In this document: in pieces, positions 8,668 through 17,420 of the stretch | Layout of the letters: each line of letters begins with the position of its first letter | How positions within the stretch are numbered: position 1 is the first letter of the stretch | Virus record (IMG/VR): IMGVR_UViG_3300048575_000415 | Location: 1 to 42,799 of that record | Strand: one strand, 5' to 3' | Length of the DNA stretch: 42,799 bases | DNA from: a virus | Taxonomy: Duplodnaviria > Caudoviricetes | The notes under the pieces: model-generated | What the model saw: the letters and a program-made list of their open reading frames with translations, nothing else | Told to the model about the DNA's origin: nothing | Databases searched by the model: none | Program-made: the position numbers and the translations under genes

Positions 8668-10932
8668 ATGACGAACCTCGAAACAGCGCAATCGCTCGCC
8701 GCCTCCGGCATTCCGGTCTTCCCCTGCGAGCCTGCGGGCGAGGGGCGGAAGCGGCCGAAGCCTGGCGTGATGTGGGCGGCGCAGGCGAGCACCCTGCCGG
8801 CCGACGTCGCGCGCCTGTGGAGCCGCTTTCCCGACGCGGCGCCCGGCATCAAGATTGAGGCGACGCCGTTCCTGGTGGTCGATTGCGATCCGCCGCACGG
8901 TGCTGGTCAGCAGCACGGCATTGAGTGGTTCCGCTCGGCCTGCGTGGGGAACGACTTCGACATCGAGACGGTGCCGATCGTGCAGACCCCGTCCGGCGGT
9001 TGGCATGTCTATTTCCGCCGCCCCGCTGGAATGCGTCTTGGCAATGGGCGCGGCGCCCTGCCGCCGAAAGCGCAATGCGGGATCGATATCCGCGGCGCCG
9101 GCGGCTACGTCATCGGGCCTGGCGCTGAGATGGACGTCGGCCGATACGAGTTGCTCGAAGGGCCGGAGATCAGCGCGGCGCCGGAGATGCCGGGCTGGCT
9201 GGCCGAGATCCTGACCAGCAAACGCCCCGCTGACGTGGTCGCCCCGACGCTGCCAGCTGTTCAGCCCGGCGCGGTCACGGGCCGCGAGGAGGCGTATGCG
9301 CAGGCCGGGCTGGATGCCGAATGCAACGCCATCGCCGGCACTCCGCCCGGCGGTCGGAACAACGCGCTGAACGACGGCGCCTTCAAGCTTGGCACCATGG
9401 TTGGCGCTGGCTGGATCGGTCACACCGAGGTGCGCGCGGCGCTCGTCAACGCCGTCGCCGGTTGGAAGGACGCGCGGAAGACGCTCGGAACGCTCGATCG
9501 AGCGCTGCGCGATGGCATGGCACATCCTCGCGGGCCGTTGGAGCCCGAGGAGGGTGCAGAGGCGGCAGAGCGCCGCAACGCTCTCGCCGCCGATCTGGAG
9601 GCCATCGCCAACCGGGCCGACTCCGCGGCTGACGTCGAGCCAGCGGCACCGGCGACTGAGGCCGAGGAGTTTCCTGACGAGTGGCTTCATCCGCCCGGCC
9701 TGGTCGGCGAGATCGCCGATTGGATCATGGCTACATCCATGAAACCGGTGCGCCTGTTTGCCGTGGCGTCGGCGCTGACGACTGTCGGCGCGCTCGTCGC
9801 CCGGCAGGTCTACAGCGGCACGCCGCGCACCGGGACGCAGCTCTATATGCTCATGATCGCCGGCACCGGCGGCGGCAAGGATTGGCCCTTGCGGGCTGTC
9901 GGCCAGATCCTGGCGGCCGTGGACCGCAACCAGATGCGCAAGGCGTCGTTCTCGTCCTCGGCCGCGCTGACCATGCGCCTGGCCGAGTGCCCGGCCCACG
10001 TCCACATCATCGACGAGATCGCCGGCACCGTCCTGCGACGCCTGAACAACACAAGGTCGTCAAACGCCGAGAACTCGATCCTGGAGATCTACCGCGAGCT
10101 ATGGGGCATAGGCACGCGCGATTTCGTGCCGGAGTCGACCACCATGCGCACCGCGGATGCGATCACCCGTCCCTGGGTCTCGATCCTCGGCGCCACAAAC
10201 CCCGACGAGTTCCACGAGCAGCTCAAGAGCAAGGCGGTCTCGAACGGCTTCCTGAACCGCTTTCTGGTGTTGCCAAAGATCACCCGCGTTGGCCGCAATC
10301 CGTCGCCGGAACCTGCCGACGAGGTGCCGGCGGGTATTGTGGAGCGGTGCAAGGCGCTGACGAAGTTCGATGACGATCGGCATAAGTTCCCCCAGTCCGC
10401 CAATTACTCGTCGAACCAGACACCGCCCGAGCAGGTGGTGATCGACGCCGATACGGAGGCCACGGCGTTGCTGGAGCGCGTGGCAACTCGGCAGGACGAG
10501 ATCGAGATGGAGCTGGACGAGAACCCGCTGATGGCGGTGTGGGTGCGCTACGCCGAGATGGTACGTCGCGTCGCACTCGTCGTCGCGTGCGGCCGGCATC
10601 CGACGTCCATGGTGGCGTGCCGGATATCGGCGGGCGACGTTGAGTTTGCCGACCGTCTGGTGTCGTGGTCGATGAACGGCTTCGTTCGCGAGCTCGCGCA
10701 GAACATGGCGGACACTCAGCACCAGGCCGACATGCTCTTCGTTCTCGGAATAATCCGGAAAGCACGGACGGTCACTCGATCGGAACTCTACCGCCGATTG
10801 AATGGGCGGTTCAACAAGATGACGATGGAAAGTATCATTGATGCTCTCAAGACATCCGGCGCCCTAGAGGAGCAGAAAGCCGCATCCAGTGGCGGCCGGC
10901 AGGCGATTATCTATCAGTATATACGAGGCTAG
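8668..10932 (+). CDS. Bifunctional primase-polymerase with a C-terminal helicase-like (DUF3987-type) domain
   Basis: VFPC, LVVDCD, TPSGGWHVYF and IDIRGAGGYVIGP (Prim-Pol); GGRNNALN (PriCT-like); AGTGGGKD, IIDE and NGFLNRF (P-loop domain). Confidence 0.85.
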   Translation: MTNLETAQSLAASGIPVFPCEPAGEGRKRPKPGVMWAAQASTLPADVARLWSRFPDAAPGIKIEATPFLVVDCDPPHGAGQQHGIEWFRSACVGNDFDIETVPIVQTPSGGWHVYFRRPAGMRLGNGRGALPPKAQCGIDIRGAGGYVIGPGAEMDVGRYELLEGPEISAAPEMPGWLAEILTSKRPADVVAPTLPAVQPGAVTGREEAYAQAGLDAECNAIAGTPPGGRNNALNDGAFKLGTMVGAGWIGHTEVRAALVNAVAGWKDARKTLGTLDRALRDGMAHPRGPLEPEEGAEAAERRNALAADLEAIANRADSAADVEPAAPATEAEEFPDEWLHPPGLVGEIADWIMATSMKPVRLFAVASALTTVGALVARQVYSGTPRTGTQLYMLMIAGTGGGKDWPLRAVGQILAAVDRNQMRKASFSSSAALTMRLAECPAHVHIIDEIAGTVLRRLNNTRSSNAENSILEIYRELWGIGTRDFVPESTTMRTADAITRPWVSILGATNPDEFHEQLKSKAVSNGFLNRFLVLPKITRVGRNPSPEPADEVPAGIVERCKALTKFDDDRHKFPQSANYSSNQTPPEQVVIDADTEATALLERVATRQDEIEMELDENPLMAVWVRYAEMVRRVALVVACGRHPTSMVACRISAGDVEFADRLVSWSMNGFVRELAQNMADTQHQADMLFVLGIIRKARTVTRSELYRRLNGRFNKMTMESIIDALKTSGALEEQKAASSGGRQAIIYQYIRG

Positions 10933-10964
10933 ATACGGTGTGCCCCAGCCCTCCTGCGGATCGG

Positions 10965-12866
10965 TTACGCAGGATCCGAGCCCCACTCGATGTCCGCAGG
11001 ATCGAAGATATCGCTATTAGTCCTCACGCAATTTCTACCACTCGCCTTTGCAGCGTAGAGAGCTTGATCGGCCCTCGTGATCAACTGCTCAGACGACTGC
11101 GCGTTGTCTCCGTTGGGCCAGAATGTCGCCACGCCGATGCTGACGGTAACGACGCCGACGCGCCCATTCTGTTCATGCGGTATTGCGAGCGATTCAATCG
11201 CAGACCGCACATATTCGGCAATACTCTGAGCGGCAGCGCCGTCGGTATTGGGAAGTAATAGCACGAATTCTTCGCCTCCATATCGTGCAGCAAGATCAGA
11301 GGACCTCTTTGCAACCCGATTAAGTGTATCTGCTATAATCCTAATGCACTGATCACCGACTTGATGACCATAGGTATCATTGAATTCTTTGAAACGGTCT
11401 CCATCAACAAACAGAAGAGATACTGGCTTCCGGTCTCTCGCCGCTCGCATCCATTCTTGATCGAGACGCTCCGAGAACACCCGACGATTTGCCAAGCCGG
11501 TGAGGGAATCGGTGGCGGCGAGCGATTCGAGCTTTCGTTCGAGCAGATACCCTTCGGTGTCATCGCGGACGACAACTATCAAGTTGCTTTCTTGCTCCGT
11601 TTGGGCGAGGCGCACGCTTGCAGTGACGTGCTTTACGTCGCCGCCCTCTCCCGCGATAGCAAAGCTAACTCGGCCTTCGTTTGTCACTCCACTTGCGACA
11701 CCGTTGAGCACTTCCGCCAAGCGGGTGGCGTCGCCCGGCTCTGAGAGGTCAGCCAGAGGCATTCCCTGCAGGCTGGCAACTTCCCGAGACGTGATGCGCG
11801 CCGCAGCTGGCGAAGCGTAGAGGATCACCCCGTTCAGCCGCGTTCTGAAAACGGCATCGCCTGAGCCCTCCGCCAGAACGCGGAATTCCATCTCTCGCTT
11901 CAGGAGCATATCCGCAACTCTCTGGCGGCGCCTGATCTGCGATAGAATCGCGAAGCCAAGCAGTCCAACTGCTAAAGACGCGGCAATTCGAAATGCAATT
12001 CTGTATATTGCACTGTCTTTCCAGGCTTTTATTATATTCGCCTCTGGCTGCGTAACCACGATAGAAAGAGGAATGATCGCACTGCGCCGAATTGAGGCCA
12101 CAAGTATTTCACCACTTACGGTGCTCTGGAACTTGAATGAAAACGAATCTCGGGACCCGACTTCTTCTTCCGTTGCAGGAGGAAAGCGAAAGTTCGCACC
12201 AAGAGCGTCCGGCACGAATGGATAGCGTGACAGTAAGGTTCCACCCTTCCTGAATAAGCTAACAGCAATTCCTGCGCCGCCAGATGTTGATTTATAGAAC
12301 TCCGAAATCTGTTTGGCATCAACGTGCGCCAGCACAACACCACTGAACAATCCGTTCTTGCTGTCAGTGCGACGAGATATCGGTATCACCCATCTTCTTG
12401 AGTGATCGAGATATATAGGGCGCCCAATCTGCAAACCTCGATCGAGGTTGGCATTGTGGTATTGAAAGACAGGAGAATTAGCGATGCTCGACGGCATCTC
12501 TTCGCTATCGCTAAAGCCTGCCTGCCAAGCACCATCCTCGTCGAATATAGAGACTTCTCGAATACTCGATGCCATCTCGGCACTTTGCCGCATTCGCTCA
12601 ATCACCTCGAGCGCATGCGGCTTATCGCCAACAGATTCCAGCACATACCGAACGAATACGACGGCCAGATCTGCTGAATTAAACGTCTCTTCCGCGTCCT
12701 TTAGGAACAATCTGGAGAAATTACTAATATCATCTTCCGCCTTTATCTGTGCGGCGGTGTAAAGCTCTCTTTCCGGCTCGATCGCACTTAGTGCAATGCC
12801 GGCTGATGAGACGAAGATGAATGCCGCAAGACCGCGGTTCATCCATATTTGCGGCAAGGAAAACAA
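10965..12866 (-). CDS. Membrane sensor diguanylate cyclase (Cache-PAS-GGDEF)
   Basis: Two TM segments flanking a Cache-like domain, then PAS, TDSLTGLANRR, DRFKEFNDTYGHQVGD, RSSD I-site and GGEEF active site. Visibly lower GC and antisense to the backbone. Start may be 12842. Confidence 0.93.
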   Translation of the reverse strand: MFSLPQIWMNRGLAAFIFVSSAGIALSAIEPERELYTAAQIKAEDDISNFSRLFLKDAEETFNSADLAVVFVRYVLESVGDKPHALEVIERMRQSAEMASSIREVSIFDEDGAWQAGFSDSEEMPSSIANSPVFQYHNANLDRGLQIGRPIYLDHSRRWVIPISRRTDSKNGLFSGVVLAHVDAKQISEFYKSTSGGAGIAVSLFRKGGTLLSRYPFVPDALGANFRFPPATEEEVGSRDSFSFKFQSTVSGEILVASIRRSAIIPLSIVVTQPEANIIKAWKDSAIYRIAFRIAASLAVGLLGFAILSQIRRRQRVADMLLKREMEFRVLAEGSGDAVFRTRLNGVILYASPAAARITSREVASLQGMPLADLSEPGDATRLAEVLNGVASGVTNEGRVSFAIAGEGGDVKHVTASVRLAQTEQESNLIVVVRDDTEGYLLERKLESLAATDSLTGLANRRVFSERLDQEWMRAARDRKPVSLLFVDGDRFKEFNDTYGHQVGDQCIRIIADTLNRVAKRSSDLAARYGGEEFVLLLPNTDGAAAQSIAEYVRSAIESLAIPHEQNGRVGVVTVSIGVATFWPNGDNAQSSEQLITRADQALYAAKASGRNCVRTNSDIFDPADIEWGSDPA

Positions 12867-12952
12867 GGAGGCAGCTTTCGCTCAGAAACTGCTGCAGTAT
12901 CTCTCCCATTTCTGTAAAATTTTTCTTTATCCATAATCCCCTTATTGGGGGG

Positions 12953-13351
12953 CTATCCGGCCAATTGCGCCTGCAATGCAGCGACAATGAACGAGGAACG
13001 CGAGACGCCTCGCGACCTCGCCGCTCGGTCGACCTGGTTCAACAGTGTCTCGTCTATCCGGACGGTGATCCGTACCATGTGGGTGGGCGGGTCGATCGGC
13101 ACCAGAGCCAACGTCGCCCCCACCGCACCCTCCACAAACGCAGGATCGGCCGTCAGCTCCGCCTGGGAGCGCAGCAACGGCATGGGCTCACCGTCCTCGA
13201 CCATGCCCTCCACGTGGGAAGCCAGGGCAGCACGCCCCTGCGCCACGGCCTCATCTTGCGATCTGCCAGCAGCCACGCAGCCGGGAAAGTCAGGGAACGA
13301 GATCCCGAAGCTCCCATTGGCCTCGTGAATCAGCGCATAGACGTGTCTCAT
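12953..13351 (-). CDS. hicB: HicB-family antitoxin with C-terminal RHH domain (no adjacent hicA seen)
   Basis: FGISFPDFPGCVAAGRSQDEA...ALASHVEGM and RITVRIDETLLNQVDRAA...SRSSF. GAGG RBS. Confidence 0.88.
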   Translation of the reverse strand: MRHVYALIHEANGSFGISFPDFPGCVAAGRSQDEAVAQGRAALASHVEGMVEDGEPMPLLRSQAELTADPAFVEGAVGATLALVPIDPPTHMVRITVRIDETLLNQVDRAARSRGVSRSSFIVAALQAQLAG

Positions 13352-13394
13352 CGTTGCCTCTCGCCCCTCCTGCCGACCACCGAAATCGCGTCCA

Positions 13395-13632
13395 ACTTCT
13401 TACAGACTTCTTGCAGTCCACGCCTGCAAGAAGTCCCTGCAATGCCCCGACTTCTTGCACTTCTTACAGGCCGCAAAACTGCAAGAAGTTTCGCCTTAAA
13501 ATCCCATATTATCAATGGGATAATGGACTTCTTACTTTTTACATATACCCCCCTCCTTCTATGTGAAATGGAGGAGAACAAAATGAGATTTTTGCAAAGA
13601 GGACTTCACGCGTGAGGACCATGTAAGAAGTC
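13395..13632. repeat. Cluster of ACTTCTT(A/G)CA repeats in both orientations around an AT-rich stretch; putative replication origin
   Basis: Forward copies near 13395, 13406, 13450, 13459 and 13527; inverted copies near 13425, 13480 and 13622. Palindrome ATCCCAT-N7-ATGGGAT at 13501-13521. Confidence 0.7.
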
Positions 13633-13743
13633 CGGCCGGTGCAGTGGCATGGCCTTGACGGCTGCCGACCAAATCAGACACCGATCATGTGCCGCATCGG
13701 ATAGCCCCCATCCGCTGGTCCGCCTCAACGAGGTAGGACCGAC

Positions 13744-13998
13744 ATGCAGACCAAGACCGAGCCGCAGCAGCGGCCACTCCGAACCTTTGAAGACCTGCGG
13801 TCCGCGCTGGTAGCGCGCCGTCATGCCGTCGGCCTCACCCAGGTCGATATGGACGCCATCACCGGTCTGGCCGACGGACACGTCGCCAAGATCGAGAGTG
13901 GCGCGCGACGCCTTGGCCCCGTCTCTCTCCCCATCCTGCTCGAAGCGCTCCACTGCGACCTGGTGCTCGTGCCCCGTGCTGGTCGGGGGCGCTCGTGA
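13744..13998 (+). CDS. XRE-family HTH protein
   Basis: RRHAVGLTQVDMDAITGLADGHVAKIESG HTH pattern; AGGA RBS. Confidence 0.8.
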   Translation: MQTKTEPQQRPLRTFEDLRSALVARRHAVGLTQVDMDAITGLADGHVAKIESGARRLGPVSLPILLEALHCDLVLVPRAGRGRS

Positions 13999-14594
13999 GC
14001 GATCTGGAGCCCGTCGAGGGCGAGCAGCTGCCTGACAAGGCCGTCGGGCCGCTCGAACACATGCAGTGCCTTTCCCGGCGCCAGCGGGTTCTGGTCGAGC
14101 TCGCGGTGTGGGAGGGTCTGCCATTTCGCGAAGCTGCGAAAAAGGCCGGTCTTTCAGAGCGCCAGGGCTTTCGGCTGTTGCACGACGCTGACGTGTTGCG
14201 GGCGATCAAGGCTGAGAGGCAGGTGCTGCTCAATTCGGAGCGCGTCGCCAACATCCACGCCCTGCGCCGCGTCCGAGACGAGTCCAAGAACTCGCTGGCC
14301 GTCGTGCAGGCGGCGCGAGCCATCCAGGACCTTGCCGAGCGCGACGCGACGCCGGGCGCCGAGGCCGGGCAGGCGATCGGCTACGTGATCCACATCGTCG
14401 GCCAGGCGCCAGCGACAGGTCATCAGATCACAAGTCAGCCGGGTATCGCCGCTAGCCCATTGATCGAACACGAGCCTGTTCCGATCCCAGCCGGGTACGC
14501 CCCTTCCAGACCGGGTTTTGCCGCCCGTCGAGCCAACGCCGAGGACGCCGACGAGGTGCCCGACGACGACGGCCAGGCCGGGGGCGCCGAGTGA
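13995..14594 (+). CDS. Terminase small subunit (probable)
   Basis: N-terminal HTH (EAAKKAGLSERQGFRLL), helical middle, disordered tail. Upstream of TerL. Confidence 0.6.
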   Translation: MSDLEPVEGEQLPDKAVGPLEHMQCLSRRQRVLVELAVWEGLPFREAAKKAGLSERQGFRLLHDADVLRAIKAERQVLLNSERVANIHALRRVRDESKNSLAVVQAARAIQDLAERDATPGAEAGQAIGYVIHIVGQAPATGHQITSQPGIAASPLIEHEPVPIPAGYAPSRPGFAARRANAEDADEVPDDDGQAGGAE

Positions 14595-14756
14595 GCGGTG
14601 ACGGGGCGGGGGGCTCGCTTCTGCGTCGACCTGCAATCGGAGGGGTGGGGGGCAAAACCGGGTCGCCGTCGTCGAGCTCCAGCCTTGCACACGCGATTTC
14701 CGGCCGAAGCGCCGGGGTCCGCCCAGATTTTTGGATCCAGAACATTCGGGAAGCCA

Positions 14757-15005
14757 ATGGCCCGCACCACGACGAAAACCACGACCGTGCATCTGCGCTG
14801 CGACCGATGCGGCGCCGAGGCGGAGTTCGACCAAGACCGGCAGCGATCGGCGCTGTCGGAGTGGCCGGTGCTGCAGGTCAACGCGCGTCAGGTCGGCCCG
14901 CCCCTGCAGGATCTCGGCGTCAAGGGGCACCTGGTCGCCGATCTGTGCCCGTGGTGTGCGGCGCATTTGCTGGCGGACTTGCAGAAGGGACAGACCGGTG
15001 AGTGA
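14757..15005 (+). CDS. Small zinc-finger-like phage protein
   Basis: CDRC...DLCPWC motifs. Confidence 0.6.
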   Translation: MARTTTKTTTVHLRCDRCGAEAEFDQDRQRSALSEWPVLQVNARQVGPPLQDLGVKGHLVADLCPWCAAHLLADLQKGQTGE

Positions 15006-15276
15006 GGACAACTTTGCGGACGCGCCGCAGACGATAGGCGAGATCCGCTCCGACAAGAGCCGATCGGCCAGGGACTGGACGCCGCGCGACGCGCTGATTT
15101 CGCTGTTGCGCGAGATCGACCGAGGCGAGGCGAACCCCGACACCATCGCGATCTTCTATCGGGAGCGCACCCGACAGAAGACCGCCTTCGTGATCGCCGG
15201 CGCTGACCCCGACGCCACCGTCGGCGTCGCCTACGAGGGCATCCATCGCATCCTGCGGGCGCGGGAGGGCCGATGA
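14998..15276 (+). CDS. Hypothetical phage protein
   Basis: GTG start overlapping the upstream stop. WTPRDALISLLREID segment. Stop overlaps the TerL ATG. Confidence 0.6.
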   Translation: MSEDNFADAPQTIGEIRSDKSRSARDWTPRDALISLLREIDRGEANPDTIAIFYRERTRQKTAFVIAGADPDATVGVAYEGIHRILRAREGR

Positions 15277-16802
15277 GCACGAACGCTTCAGCGCCGCGGG
15301 TGAAGCGGTTGGCGGACGGCCGCCAGGTCTACGAGCCGGACGGGGAGGTGCTGAGCAACTTCCTGCTCGATCGCTCGCCGGTATCGGTGATCCAGGGGCC
15401 AGTGGGTTCGGGCAAGTCCAAGGGCTCGAACATGAAGGTCTACGCGATCTCGCACGAGCAGGCGCCAGGGCCGGATGGCGTTCGCCGGACGCGGTGGGCG
15501 GTGGTGCGCAACACCTATCCCGAGCTTAAGCAGACGACGATCCGGACTTGGCTCGACACCTTCCCGGAAAGCCTGTTCGGGCGGTTCCGGTGGAGCGTTC
15601 CCTATCGGCAGGTGATCTCGCTGCCAGGCGTCTGGATCGAGGTCGACTTCCTGGCGCTCGATAAGCCGGAGGACGTCAAGAAGCTGCGGTCGGGCGAGTA
15701 CACCGGCTTCTACGTCAACGAGCTCCAGTACATCCCGAAGGAGCTCTTCGACGAGATGACGTCGCGCGCCGGCCGCTACCCGGCGGTGAAGGACGGCGGC
15801 TGCACCTGGTCGGGCGTCATCGCCGACATGAACGCGCCGGAGGAGGACCACTGGACGGCGATCATGACCGGGCAGGTGGAGCTGCCGCAGGGTCTGACCG
15901 ACGAGGAGCTGCGGTCGATGCAGTGGCCGGAGGAGTGGAAGTTCTTCATGCAGCCGGCGGGGCTCCTGGAGATCGCCGGCCAGGAAGGCGACGTCCTGGG
16001 GTATGAGCCGAACCCCAAGGCCGAGAACGTGAAGTGGTTGAAGCCGAACTATTACATGGAGATGGTCCGCGGCAAGACGCGGTCCTGGGTCAGCTCGCGC
16101 ATCCTCAACGTCATCACGGTCGAGATCAGCGGCAACCCGGTTTGGCGGGCGTTCTCGGAGGAGCGGCATGTCGCCAAGCAGGTGCTCCGGCCCATCCCCG
16201 GCCATGACATCTATGTCGGCCTCGACTTCGGCCGGCAGCCGGCGATGGTCGCCGGCCAGCACATCAACGGCCGCGTTGTCGTGCTCGACGAGTTGCAGGG
16301 CCACGACGAGGGCGCGTCGGTGTTCGCGCCGAAGGTGAAGGCGCGGCTCGCCCAGAAATTCCCCGGCTACACCGTCCGCTTCTTTGGCGACCCGAAGGGC
16401 CAGGACAAGACGCAGTCCGACGAGCGGACGGCTTACGAGGTCTGGGCGTCGTTCGGAATGCGGGTGGCGCCGGCGCCGGTGAAGATGAACCAGATCAAGA
16501 CCCGGCTGGAGGCTGTCGAGTTCTGCCTGACGCAGTTGGTGGAGGGCGTGACCAAGTTCCTCCTGTCGCCGATGTGCCGCACGCTCAAGATGGCGATGAA
16601 GGGCAAATATCACTTCGGCAAGAACGACGAGAACAAGGTCGAGCCGGTGAAGGACCGGTGGTCGAACATCGCCGATGCCCTGCAGTACATGATCCTCGGC
16701 ATGGGCGAGGGGCGCGCGATGGTCGGGCTCACGCTCGCTTCCGGCTCGTCGTTGGTCGCCCGGGTGAACCGTAGCCGCGGCGCGCAGCGGAGGGTGCACT
16801 GA
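15273..16802 (+). CDS. terL: Terminase large subunit
   Basis: GPVGSGKS Walker A, VVRNTYPEL, YVNE Walker B; nuclease motifs GLDFG, GDPKG and SNIADALQY. Confidence 0.92.
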   Translation: MSTNASAPRVKRLADGRQVYEPDGEVLSNFLLDRSPVSVIQGPVGSGKSKGSNMKVYAISHEQAPGPDGVRRTRWAVVRNTYPELKQTTIRTWLDTFPESLFGRFRWSVPYRQVISLPGVWIEVDFLALDKPEDVKKLRSGEYTGFYVNELQYIPKELFDEMTSRAGRYPAVKDGGCTWSGVIADMNAPEEDHWTAIMTGQVELPQGLTDEELRSMQWPEEWKFFMQPAGLLEIAGQEGDVLGYEPNPKAENVKWLKPNYYMEMVRGKTRSWVSSRILNVITVEISGNPVWRAFSEERHVAKQVLRPIPGHDIYVGLDFGRQPAMVAGQHINGRVVVLDELQGHDEGASVFAPKVKARLAQKFPGYTVRFFGDPKGQDKTQSDERTAYEVWASFGMRVAPAPVKMNQIKTRLEAVEFCLTQLVEGVTKFLLSPMCRTLKMAMKGKYHFGKNDENKVEPVKDRWSNIADALQYMILGMGEGRAMVGLTLASGSSLVARVNRSRGAQRRVH

Positions 16803-17305
16803 TGGGGATCGCCGACGTCGTCTCGCACTTCGACCAGCCCTGGAAGTGGCTCGTCGTGTTCCATCGCGAGTGCGGCACGCCCTGGGTCAATGCCCTGGTG
16901 CCCGGCCGCTACAAGCATGTCTCGGCCGTTGGCTGGTCGGCGCGCACCGGCGTGTGGGTGTTCTATGACCCGGCCATCGCCAAGACCTCGATCCTGACCG
17001 CGCACGACGACGAGGAGGGCCTGACCATTCTGGCGAAGTGGATCGACGGCTGCAGCGTCGTGCAGATGCCGATCGGCGGCGGATCGATCTGGCGCTGGCG
17101 GCTGGGGTTCTGGTGCGTGCCGGCGGTGGCGCACCTGATCGGGGTCCGGTCCGGTGCAGTGCGCCCGGATCGCCTGTTCGTAGATTGCCTGGAGCAAGGC
17201 GGAAAGCTGATCCAGCGCGACGGACGACCCCAGCATGATGAAGGCCCCCAAGATCCAGCCGGACCCGGCGCTGGCAGCGATGGAAGCGCGCAGCCAGCAG
17301 ACTGA
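16802..17305 (+). CDS. Hypothetical protein between TerL and portal
   Basis: TGATG-coupled to TerL. YKHV and WCVPAVAHLIG segments could be the His/Cys motifs of a permuted papain-like fold (inference). Confidence 0.6.
   Translation: MGIADVVSHFDQPWKWLVVFHRECGTPWVNALVPGRYKHVSAVGWSARTGVWVFYDPAIAKTSILTAHDDEEGLTILAKWIDGCSVVQMPIGGGSIWRWRLGFWCVPAVAHLIGVRSGAVRPDRLFVDCLEQGGKLIQRDGRPQHDEGPQDPAGPGAGSDGSAQPAD
17152..17186 (+). promoter_or_regulatory. Putative late promoter (CGGTGCAGTG-N19-TAGATT)
   Basis: Same motif and spacing recur at 19153, 27656 and 39186. Lies upstream of the portal unit. Confidence 0.55.
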
Positions 17306-17420
17306 CCTGGCGGCGATCCAGAAGACGGTGACGGAGAACACCGACGACCTCGCGCGTCTGTACGGTTCCGCCGCGGCCATGGCCGGCACCAGCATGAAGG
17401 CGCCGATCCTTGGCTACTGA
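17235..17420 (+). CDS. Small virion-associated protein preceding the portal
   Basis: 61 aa, MKAPKIQPDP start. Position typical of podovirus head genes. Confidence 0.6.
   Translation: MMKAPKIQPDPALAAMEARSQQTDLAAIQKTVTENTDDLARLYGSAAAMAGTSMKAPILGY

Noticed and set aside
13395-13632. Repeat cluster as a CRISPR array or a hicA gene (ORFs 13348-13581 and 13354-13566)
   Set aside because: The units are about 10 bp, in both orientations and irregularly spaced. The ORFs lack HicA motifs.
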